Part shown: positions 8,544 through 16,682 of the stretch, in pieces
Position numbering within the stretch: the stretch's first letter is position 1
How the letters are laid out: every line of letters begins with the position of its first letter
From: Candidatus Neomicrothrix sp. UBA7884
Lineage (GTDB): Bacteria > Actinomycetota > Acidimicrobiia > Acidimicrobiales > MedAcidi-G1
Length of the DNA: 64,000 nucleotides
Direction of reading: 5' to 3'
Assembly: GCA_002501135.1 (NCBI GenBank)
Contig: DLRQ01000090.1
Location: 12,755 to 76,754 of the forward strand
Made by a program: the position numbers and the translations under genes
The notes under the pieces: model-generated
Seen by the model: the letters and a program-made list of their open reading frames with translations, nothing else
Databases searched by the model: none
Told to the model about the DNA's origin: nothing

Positions 8544-9706
8544 GTCGCCAACCGAAACTGACCTGGGACCTGCTGACCGAGCAGGCCGAACTGCCTGCAC
8601 TCCTCGAAACCCTCAGCGGCGAGGAGCGCATTGCCGTGGACACCGAGTTCCATCGGGAACGAACCTATTTCCCGAAGGCAGCGCTCATTCAGATCGCATG
8701 GTCCGGAGGCCTGGTTCTCCTCGACCCCCTTGAACTGGATCTGGCGCCACTGGCCGCTCTCCTGGAGTCGGAGACCCTCTGGGTGATGCACGCAGCCGGC
8801 CAGGACATCGAGGTATTTCAGCGCGTCTGTGGAACCGCCCCGCGACACCTCTTTGACACACAGTTGGCTGCCGGGTTCAAAGGAATGTCCTCACCGTCGC
8901 TGTCGACCCTTCATCAGCATGAACTGGGTTTCAAACTCGCCAAGGGTGACCGGCTGACCGACTGGTTGGCGCGCCCACTTACCGAATCGCAGCTGGAATA
9001 TGCGGCATCCGATGTGGCCCATCTATTGGAGATCCACGATCGCCTGACGACAGAACTAGATGAGAGGGGGCGTCTAGCCTGGGCTGTCGCTGAATGTGGG
9101 GAACTCCTCGCACGTGAGTCCACCCGACGTGTGCCCGAGGATGCCTGGCGACGGATCAAGGAGGCCCGGAGCCTCAGCGGCGAAGCACGCCTCGTGGCCC
9201 GTTCCGTTGCCGCATGGAGAGAGCGCAGGGCCGCTGAGATCGACATCCCTGTCCGCCACGTACTTCCGGACCTCGCGGTAGTGGCCATCGCACAAAAGGT
9301 ACCGGCGACACGTGACGCCCTCAAGAAGGTCAGGGGTGTAGACGGAAGACACCTCAAGGGCGAAACCGCAGACGGGATTCTGAACGCCGTTCTAACCGCC
9401 GCTGACCTGCCACCCCTTGCGCCCGATGTCGACCGAAGGCAGGGTCGACAACGGGACCTGAGGGCGGCGGTGACCCTGGTTTCAGCATGGGTTGCGCAAC
9501 TTGCCCGCGACCTTGAGATGGACCCCGCCCTGGTGGGCACACGATCCGACATTGAAGCGCTTGTCGGTAACGACAAGGGCTCCCGCATGGCACATGGGTG
9601 GCGTCACGAACTTGTGGGCGAACCTGTCGAGGAGTTGCTCTCAGGCAGGGCTGCTCTGGCCTTCGACGGCGATGGAGAACTCGTTCTCGTTCCACGCAAC
9701 GGTTGA
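8540..9706 (+). CDS. rnd: ribonuclease D (DEDD 3'-5' exonuclease + HRDC)
   Basis: IAVDTEFHRERTYFPKAALIQIAW matches the RNase D exo motif I. The first canonical start is GTG 8636, which falls exactly on the V of VDTEF. The homologous N-terminal segment (KLTWDLLTEQAELPALLETLSGEERIA) is encoded upstream, with only CTG 8540 available as a start. The 5' end is therefore uncertain (8540 or 8636). Confidence 0.85.
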   Translation: MSRQPKLTWDLLTEQAELPALLETLSGEERIAVDTEFHRERTYFPKAALIQIAWSGGLVLLDPLELDLAPLAALLESETLWVMHAAGQDIEVFQRVCGTAPRHLFDTQLAAGFKGMSSPSLSTLHQHELGFKLAKGDRLTDWLARPLTESQLEYAASDVAHLLEIHDRLTTELDERGRLAWAVAECGELLARESTRRVPEDAWRRIKEARSLSGEARLVARSVAAWRERRAAEIDIPVRHVLPDLAVVAIAQKVPATRDALKKVRGVDGRHLKGETADGILNAVLTAADLPPLAPDVDRRQGRQRDLRAAVTLVSAWVAQLARDLEMDPALVGTRSDIEALVGNDKGSRMAHGWRHELVGEPVEELLSGRAALAFDGDGELVLVPRNG

Positions 9707-9798
9707 ATGGCCCGCCAAGGCCTTTGGCTGCTGCTACACCCCGGGCTCGGAGGGGTAGGCTCTAGGCCCGTTCGTGACCAGACATTGGAGAATCTACG

Positions 9799-10011
9799 GT
9801 GAAGAAGGGTCGACATCGCCGCTTCGAAGAAGCGCGTGCACTAAAGCGAAACCAGGACCTCGACCTCGACTCGATATTCGACAGCCTGAGCGACACCCGG
9901 GAGGGTCCGTCGAGCTCAGGTGAGTCGAGGGCGTTTGGCGCATGGTCTGACGACTTCGACGGTGAAGAGCCGTCGGGTACCGAAGACGAGACAACCTCAG
10001 GTCGGACCTAA
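9799..10011 (+). CDS. small basic-then-acidic hypothetical protein
   Basis: 70-aa GTG-start ORF (MKKGRHRRFEEARALKRNQDLDLD...DDFDGEEPSGTEDE) with GGAGAA upstream. It resembles small conserved actinobacterial proteins, but I cannot name a family. Confidence 0.5.
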   Translation: MKKGRHRRFEEARALKRNQDLDLDSIFDSLSDTREGPSSSGESRAFGAWSDDFDGEEPSGTEDETTSGRT

Positions 10012-10043
10012 CCGCATCCGGCGGGTTTTCGAGAGGCCCACGA

Positions 10044-11771
10044 TCAGCCACCTGTCTCCTCAAGAATCTCGTCGAGTTTGAGGATGTCCTCCTCGCGGAG
10101 GACCCCTATGAAGCGCTGCTCGGCATCGGTAACCGCCAGCACGTCTACGGCCGCCTCCTCCATGGCCATGACGGCGTCACGGAGGGTCCACGAGGGGAGT
10201 ACCGCGGGCAGATCTGTCCTGAGGACCTCGCTCACCGGCGTGGTGTCCCAATCCGCCCGATCAAGGTCTGATACTTCAGAGAGGCTGACCATGCCCAGAT
10301 AGCTTCCACCATCGACCACTGCCACCACACGCTCCCGGCGTGCCAGAACATGGAGATAGACGAACTCGGCCGCTGTGGCATCTGGAGGAACCGTCAGGAC
10401 CTCGGTCGTGAGGGCTGAGGTGACCGGCAACGTGAAGCGTCGCTCGAGGTGGCCCAGCCTCACGCTCTGTTGATGTTCGGCAACCGAGGCCGGCCCTGCA
10501 ACCACCTGGCTTACGGCGGCCGCAACCAGAGCAGGTACCACAAAGGACCCCCCGGACACCTCAGCGACAAACATCACGGCTGCGATTGGTGCCCGGTAAC
10601 CGGCACCGAGGAAGGCCGCCAGCCCCAGGGTCGGGTAGAGACCCGGTCGATCGCTGCCGAGGATCTGTCCTGTCAACTGGCCAAGAACCACTCCCTGCAC
10701 CGCAAGAGGAATGAAGAGACCACCAACGCCTCCGGATCCGAGGGTGACGAGGGTCGCCGCCATCCGGAATCCGAACAACAGGGCGATCAGGCCCAGCCCG
10801 TGGTCAGGTCCGACCACCCAGTCCATTGCCTCGAATCCCGGACCGATGGTGAGGGGTGAACCAAAGAGCGCGTCGGCAAGCAGGGCAAGGACAGCGAGGA
10901 TCACACCACCGGCCACAACCCTCGGGACGAAGGCCGTCTGCCTGGAGCGGGCCTTGGACCACCGGACCAGCCACGCCATGGAGCGGCCTCCGAGACCGGC
11001 CAGGACCCCGAGCAGGATTGCACCGAAGACATCGGCGGTCTCGACGCCGGTGAAGAAGCCGGCCAGGTCGTCTGCAGTGAACCAGAGCTGGTTCTGGTCG
11101 AATCCCAACCTGTTGGCTGGATTGTTGAGGAAGGGCACGACTGCCCTTGAGCCAACCAGGTTGATGTAGACGACGTAGCTGCTCGCTGCGGCAAGAAGAG
11201 ACGGCAACAGCGCACGACGGTTGACGTCATCTCGGTAGGGCGCCTCGAGGGCGAAGAGCACACCTGTGGCCGGGGCCTTGAACACAGCGGCAACCCCTGC
11301 AGCAGCACCGGCTGTCAGGAGAACCTTGACATCGTCTCGGCTCAGCCAACGTCCGAACCGGTCCCTCATGGTGAGGCCCACGGTGGCACCGGTGTAGATA
11401 GATGGGCCCTCAAGGCCGAGAGCACCGCCCATGCCAATGGTCACCGCACCTGCCAGAAGCTTTGCAGGCAGGTCGCGGAGGGGCAGCTTGGGAGAACCTT
11501 CGTGGAATGCGCGGATGAACTCGTCGGATGTCCCCGGGGTTCCACCCCTGCCCGGGTAACGCAGGATCAGTGAAGCCAGCAGGATTCCTATACCCGGGGC
11601 AGCAGCCATCTGCCAGAGAGGCAGCTGTTGCAGTTGATGCAGGAGAACCTCGGCAGCCACGTACTCGAATCCGGCAATGAGGGCAGCGACGACCACACCA
11701 GTTGCGACAGACAGAGCCAGCACAGGGGTGTTCCCCCGTGTCGCCAGATTCCCGAGCCTACTCATGTCCAT
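10044..11771 (-). CDS. ClC-family voltage-gated chloride channel/antiporter with C-terminal CBS pair
   Basis: 575 aa with the ClC selectivity motifs GLEGPSIYTG, GVLFALE and GGLFIPL. The C-terminal ~130 aa are CBS-like. Confidence 0.9.
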   Translation of the reverse strand: MDMSRLGNLATRGNTPVLALSVATGVVVAALIAGFEYVAAEVLLHQLQQLPLWQMAAAPGIGILLASLILRYPGRGGTPGTSDEFIRAFHEGSPKLPLRDLPAKLLAGAVTIGMGGALGLEGPSIYTGATVGLTMRDRFGRWLSRDDVKVLLTAGAAAGVAAVFKAPATGVLFALEAPYRDDVNRRALLPSLLAAASSYVVYINLVGSRAVVPFLNNPANRLGFDQNQLWFTADDLAGFFTGVETADVFGAILLGVLAGLGGRSMAWLVRWSKARSRQTAFVPRVVAGGVILAVLALLADALFGSPLTIGPGFEAMDWVVGPDHGLGLIALLFGFRMAATLVTLGSGGVGGLFIPLAVQGVVLGQLTGQILGSDRPGLYPTLGLAAFLGAGYRAPIAAVMFVAEVSGGSFVVPALVAAAVSQVVAGPASVAEHQQSVRLGHLERRFTLPVTSALTTEVLTVPPDATAAEFVYLHVLARRERVVAVVDGGSYLGMVSLSEVSDLDRADWDTTPVSEVLRTDLPAVLPSWTLRDAVMAMEEAAVDVLAVTDAEQRFIGVLREEDILKLDEILEETGG

Positions 11772-11851
11772 CTTCCTACACCTTCAGTCGCTTCCTTCCT
11801 CCTACCCCCCGGATAGCGGTGTTTCGTCTCCTCAGCGGGCAGAATGGCCCG

Positions 11852-13306
11852 ATGGTTCACGAAATGCCCGCAGGAACCGATGATCTGGTGGCTGACCTGG
11901 TCGAGGCGCTTGGAACCGACCGTGTCGTGGCAGGTGGGGGAGCCCGTCATCTCTACGCGCGCGACAGCTCGATAATCGAGGGTGGCCACAGCGGGCCGGT
12001 CTGCTTCCCGGGCTCGACCGATCAGGTTGTCGAGTGCATAAGGGTGGCGGTCGCCCACGGGCGCGCCTTCGTTCCCCGCGGTGCGGGAACAGGGCTCTCC
12101 GGAGGGGCCGTTCCATGCAACTACCCCGTGGTGATAGCGACCACACGTATGAACCAGATCCACGAGATCGACACAGAGCGGCGAATCGCCTGGGTTGGGC
12201 CGGGGGTCGTGAACCTGGATCTCACGAGGCACCTGGCCGGCACGGGGCTGCATTTCGCTCCGGACCCCTCCAGCCAGCAGGCCTGCACGATCGGCGGCAA
12301 CATGGCGAACAACTCCGGAGGGCCCCACTGCCTTGCATACGGGGTGACAAGCGCTCACGTAGCAGCGATCGAGGTTGTTCTGCCTGATGCCAGCACCGTG
12401 GTTTTGGGCGAGGAGGTTGGCGACGCTGTCGGATACGACCTGCGAGGAGCCTTCGTCGGTGGTGAAGGCACGCTCGGAATCGCAACCAGGATCGCAGTGA
12501 GGCTGACCCCCGACCCGCCGGCCGTGAAGACTCTGCTGCTGGACTTTGAGTCGATTGTTGACGCCGCCGAAACGGTTACCGGAATTATTGCCGCCGGCAT
12601 CGTCCCGGCGGCCCTCGAGATCATGGACCACAAGGTGATCCATGCTGTCGAGAAGTTCGTCAGTGCCGGCTACCCCCTTGAGGCCGGAGCCGTTCTCATA
12701 GTTGAACTCGACGGTCTTCCCGGTGGCGTTGCCCGTGAGGTCGAGATCGTCGAACAGGTCGGCGCCGAGAACAGGGTCGGAACAGTACGGGTGGCCGCCG
12801 ACGAGGTCGAGAGGGAACTCATCTGGAAGGGTCGCAAGAACGCCTTCGGGGCGATAGCCCACATCAAACCCGGCTACTACCTCCACGACACGGTCGTACC
12901 CCGCACCCGGCTGGCCGAGGTGGTTGCAAAGGTGAACGCAGCCGTCGAACGCCATGACCTGATCGTGATGAACGTGTTCCATGCCGGCGACGGAAACCTC
13001 CACCCCCTCCTTGTCTTTGATCCGCGTGAACCGGGGACCCTGGAGAGAGTCCATGCTGCAGGGGAGGAGATCGTACGGATCTCCATCGAAGCCGGAGGTG
13101 TTCTGTCAGGCGAGCACGGGATCGGGTTGGAAAAGCGTGGTTTCATGCCCCTGCTGTTCTCGCCGAACGACCTTGCCGCCCAGCAGGCTCTACGCGACGC
13201 CTTTGACCCGCACGGCACTGCCAACCCGCTCAAGGTCCTCCCGACCGGCGCCAGTTGCGGTGACGTGATGAGTCTGCCTGGAATCCCCGAAGGGGTATGG
13301 GTGTGA
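11852..13306 (+). CDS. glcD: glycolate oxidase subunit GlcD (FAD-linked oxidase)
   Basis: FAD-binding PCMH-type domain (FVPRGAGTGLSGGAVP) and GEHGIG near the C-terminus. The track ORF starts at 11702 but would overlap the ClC gene, so the in-frame ATG at 11852 (MVHEMPAGTDDLV) is preferred. Confidence 0.88.
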   Translation: MVHEMPAGTDDLVADLVEALGTDRVVAGGGARHLYARDSSIIEGGHSGPVCFPGSTDQVVECIRVAVAHGRAFVPRGAGTGLSGGAVPCNYPVVIATTRMNQIHEIDTERRIAWVGPGVVNLDLTRHLAGTGLHFAPDPSSQQACTIGGNMANNSGGPHCLAYGVTSAHVAAIEVVLPDASTVVLGEEVGDAVGYDLRGAFVGGEGTLGIATRIAVRLTPDPPAVKTLLLDFESIVDAAETVTGIIAAGIVPAALEIMDHKVIHAVEKFVSAGYPLEAGAVLIVELDGLPGGVAREVEIVEQVGAENRVGTVRVAADEVERELIWKGRKNAFGAIAHIKPGYYLHDTVVPRTRLAEVVAKVNAAVERHDLIVMNVFHAGDGNLHPLLVFDPREPGTLERVHAAGEEIVRISIEAGGVLSGEHGIGLEKRGFMPLLFSPNDLAAQQALRDAFDPHGTANPLKVLPTGASCGDVMSLPGIPEGVWV

Positions 13307-14187
13307 GCGCGATGGAGGCCTTTCGTGCCGAGGTGGGGTCCAGCGGCCCCGTGTGCATAAGGGGAGGCGGCACGCGCTGGAGCCTCGGAGGCGATGTCGG
13401 TGCCGAGGTGAGGGTTGTGCACGCACCCAGCGGCATCGACTCGCATGACCCTGCCGAAATGACCGTGACGGTCTGGGCCGGCACCACCCTCACTGCCCTG
13501 GCCGAGACGCTCGCTGAGAAGCGCCAGGAGGTTGGCCTTGACGGGCCGCCGGGTTCAACCGTGGGCGGTTCCCTTGCGGTCGGCTGGAACAGTATCCGGC
13601 GCCGGCGCACGGGTACTGCCCGCGACGCCCTCCTGCAGGCCGAGTGTGTCGGCTCCGACGGACAGATCTTCAAGGCCGGAGGTCCGACCGTCAAGAATGC
13701 CAGCGGCTACGAACTGTGCCGCCTCCTGGTCGGCTCCCTCGGGACCCTGGCCCTCACCGGTCGTGTGATCCTCCGTACAAGGCCGATGCCCGAGTCCTCT
13801 CTCTGGCTGCGGGGCTCCATGACTCCTACTGAGGTGGAACGTTCCTGTTATCGACCGTCAAGCATTCTCTGGGACGGAGACCACAGTCACGTATGCCTCG
13901 AGGGCTACGGTGTCGACGTCGAGCAGGAAGCCTCAGATCTTGTCGAACACGGCATGACCGAGGTTGACGGACCCCCGAACCTGCCACCCGACCGCCACAG
14001 GTGGAGTGGGGAACTGCCCAAGGGAGCGGTTCTTGACGTGGCTATCGGGGTTGTCCACTGCAATGGGAGTGGGGCTGTTCCCGAGGTGGATCCAACTGTC
14101 AAGGTCATCGCAGGTCGTCTGAAGGCCAACTTCGACCCGAAGGGACGCCTCAACCCGGGTCGCGATCCCTACATGGTGTCGGAGTGA
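13297..14187 (+). CDS. glcE: glycolate oxidase FAD-binding subunit GlcE
   Basis: 296 aa, overlaps the glcD stop by 10 nt. FAD-binding-4-like (VCIRGGGTRW). Its position between glcD and glcF supports the call. Confidence 0.8.
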   Translation: MGVSAMEAFRAEVGSSGPVCIRGGGTRWSLGGDVGAEVRVVHAPSGIDSHDPAEMTVTVWAGTTLTALAETLAEKRQEVGLDGPPGSTVGGSLAVGWNSIRRRRTGTARDALLQAECVGSDGQIFKAGGPTVKNASGYELCRLLVGSLGTLALTGRVILRTRPMPESSLWLRGSMTPTEVERSCYRPSSILWDGDHSHVCLEGYGVDVEQEASDLVEHGMTEVDGPPNLPPDRHRWSGELPKGAVLDVAIGVVHCNGSGAVPEVDPTVKVIAGRLKANFDPKGRLNPGRDPYMVSE

Positions 14188-15422
14188 GCGCATTCCCCAC
14201 GCCGGCCTGGCTGGGCCTCGACGAGGACTCGCTGACCGCGTGCGTGGCATGTGGCCTGTGTCTGCCACACTGCCCGACCTTCAGGCTGACCGGTGACGAA
14301 CGGATGTCACCCCGGGGACGGATCGCTCTGATGCGGGCTGTCCAAACCGGCGGCGTTGCCTGTGACGACGAGTGGTACAACTCAATGGAGACATGCATCC
14401 AGTGCCGTGGCTGCGAGGCTGCGTGCCCGGCGGGCGTACCGTTCGGTGAGCTGATCTCGGGTACCAGGGCCGCTATCTCTGAGGCCAGGCCGCTACCGCT
14501 CCATCTTCGCCTCGGACTGTGGGGGCTCACCCGGCCACGCCTGCTGCTCCTGGGCAGCAGGTTTCTGGCCATGTTGCAACGCATTCGCGTGCTCCCGCGG
14601 ATTCCGTTCCTTCCCCGGCAGTTGCCTCTGTCCGGATCGAGGCTCCTACGCCGTTCCGAGGGTGACGTCGTCTTGTTCACGGGTTGCGTGATGGATGTGT
14701 GGCAACCCGAGGTGCACGATGCCTGCGAGACCGTGGTCGAGGCGACAGGATCCACAGTCGTGCGCTCCGGCCCCCGAACAGGGTGTTGCGGCGCCCTGCA
14801 CGAACACGCCGGCCTCCACGATTCGGCACGGGAGATGGCAGAACACGTGATCGCCTCGCTCCCGGGGGAGCAGGAGATTCTGGTCGACTCTGCCGGCTGC
14901 GGAGCGGCCCTGAAAGCCTACGGTCACCTTCTCGGAACCCCCGAGGCGGTGGCGTTTTCCGATCGCGTCCTTGACATCCACGAGTGGCTGGCGGAACACG
15001 GCGACTCGCTGCCACAGGTCGGGCTGGCCGATCGGCCCGGTGTGATCGTTCAGGACCCGTGTCACCTCCGCCATGTGCAGGGTGCCCACGGTACGGTCCG
15101 GCAGGTCCTCGGACACTGCTCCGAGGTGGTCGAGCTCAACGACGACGGCCTCTGTTGCGGGGCGGGCGGTTCGTATTCCCTGCTGCAGCCGGAACTGGCA
15201 GGAGCGGCACGCGATCGCAAGGCTGCTCTGATCAGAGGGGTATCCGCACTCTCCGGCGCGAACATCGTGGTGAGTGCCAACCCAGGCTGTTCCATGCACC
15301 TCGCAACAGCCGGCGTTGAGGTGCTGCACCCTGTGCAGGTGGTCGCCGAGATGCTCGCCTCGTCTCATGAGGCGGACAGCGGACTGGAAGGTTTGCCCGG
15401 AGGAGCCACAGATGGCAGGTGA
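14184..15422 (+). CDS. glcF: glycolate oxidase iron-sulfur subunit GlcF
   Basis: Two ferredoxin-type cluster motifs (CVACGLCLPHCP, CIQCRGCEAACP) plus two Cys-rich CCG domains. GTGA overlap with glcE. Confidence 0.88.
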   Translation: MSAFPTPAWLGLDEDSLTACVACGLCLPHCPTFRLTGDERMSPRGRIALMRAVQTGGVACDDEWYNSMETCIQCRGCEAACPAGVPFGELISGTRAAISEARPLPLHLRLGLWGLTRPRLLLLGSRFLAMLQRIRVLPRIPFLPRQLPLSGSRLLRRSEGDVVLFTGCVMDVWQPEVHDACETVVEATGSTVVRSGPRTGCCGALHEHAGLHDSAREMAEHVIASLPGEQEILVDSAGCGAALKAYGHLLGTPEAVAFSDRVLDIHEWLAEHGDSLPQVGLADRPGVIVQDPCHLRHVQGAHGTVRQVLGHCSEVVELNDDGLCCGAGGSYSLLQPELAGAARDRKAALIRGVSALSGANIVVSANPGCSMHLATAGVEVLHPVQVVAEMLASSHEADSGLEGLPGGATDGR

Positions 15423-15609
15423 GTTCGAGGACCTGCGTGTCCGTCTCGAGGCAATATCTGAGGAGTTGGCCGATCTCGCTATTTCGCGTCTGCGCGACTC
15501 GATTGATGCCGGTGGCACGGAACTGCCCGTCGACGAGCGGCGCCTCAACAGGGCCCGCCGGGCTGTCCTGAAGGCCGCCCACCTGCTCGAGGAGCAGGAC
15601 GACGGCTAG
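15412..15609 (+). CDS. small helical hypothetical protein
   Basis: In-frame ATG at 15412 overlaps the glcF stop (MAGEFEDLRVRLEAISEELADLAISRL...EEQDDG, 65 aa). The track ORF from 15274 would overlap glcF by 150 nt. Confidence 0.4.
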   Translation: MAGEFEDLRVRLEAISEELADLAISRLRDSIDAGGTELPVDERRLNRARRAVLKAAHLLEEQDDG

Positions 15610-16682
15610 GCGCTTCCCGGCTGATCGGCGGAGTTCAGGCAGTCGATCAACTGTCGTAGCCGGGCGTGGGCATGGCGGTCGAAGTTCATCACCAGACGGG
15701 GCAGGGCCAGTTCGTCATTGTCGGCCAGCTCAGCCCTGGTTGGTTCACTCCGCTCGATCCGCCCATCGACCAACAGGTCGGAGAAGGCGTCGTTCAGACT
15801 CACCAGCTCCTCGTCGCCGATCTGGCGCTGCACCCTCAGGATCAGGCGTTTCCCGACGTACCTCATCGAGTGGTAGGTGCTGTAGAAGTCACAGATGTGA
15901 TCAGCAGCTGCGACAGGGTCATCGGTGGCGAATACGAGCGAGAGGTCATCTCCCGAGATGAGCCCACCCTCGACCAGTTCCTTTTCGACGAACTCGGTCC
16001 AGTAGTCCCAGTAGGTGCTCTCCGGTGGGTCCAGCAGTACGACGGGTGCGATGGGGGACTTGCCGGTCTGCATGAGGGTGAGAAGTTCGAATGTCTCATC
16101 CATGGTTCCAAATCCCCCAGGCAGCAGCGCATAGCCGTGCGACTCCTTCATGAACATGACCTTGCGGGTGAAGAAGTAGCGGAAGTTGATCAGCTTGGGG
16201 TCGTCGGTGATGACCTCGTTCGCCGCGTTCTCGAACGGAAGCTGGATGTTCACCCCGAAGGAGCGGTCCGCCCCTGCCCCTTCCATGCCGGCAGCCATGA
16301 TTCCAGGCCCTGCTCCGGTGATTACCATCCAGCCACGCTCCGCTATCGCCTCTCCAAATGCAGCAGCAGTCCGGTACGCAGGATCTCCCTCCCTGATCCG
16401 TGCGGAGCCGAAGATGGTCGCCTTTCTGATGCCCCTGTAGGGGGCGAACACGGCAAAGGAGTGGCGGAGTTCCTTCAGGGCCGAGTTGACGAGCTTTAGC
16501 TCGCCCCTGTCGACGTTTTCGCTTCCGAGGCGGAGCGCCGATACCAGGAGTTCGGCGATCAGGTCGAGATCGTCCGGGCGACCGGTCGCTTGCACCAACT
16601 CTTCGACAGCAGAGTCGAGACCCGGGTCGCCGGTGCGGTAGCGGCCGAGGTGCGCTGCAGGGCGTGGAGGATTACCTGTCAC
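15606..16682 (-). CDS. LOG-family (TIGR00730 / PpnN-like) nucleotide 5'-monophosphate nucleosidase
   Basis: ATIFGSARI...VITGAGPGIMAAGMEGA...PGGFGTMDETFELLTLMQTGK are the LOG-family motifs. 358 aa. Confidence 0.85.
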   Translation of the reverse strand: MTGNPPRPAAHLGRYRTGDPGLDSAVEELVQATGRPDDLDLIAELLVSALRLGSENVDRGELKLVNSALKELRHSFAVFAPYRGIRKATIFGSARIREGDPAYRTAAAFGEAIAERGWMVITGAGPGIMAAGMEGAGADRSFGVNIQLPFENAANEVITDDPKLINFRYFFTRKVMFMKESHGYALLPGGFGTMDETFELLTLMQTGKSPIAPVVLLDPPESTYWDYWTEFVEKELVEGGLISGDDLSLVFATDDPVAAADHICDFYSTYHSMRYVGKRLILRVQRQIGDEELVSLNDAFSDLLVDGRIERSEPTRAELADNDELALPRLVMNFDRHAHARLRQLIDCLNSADQPGSA

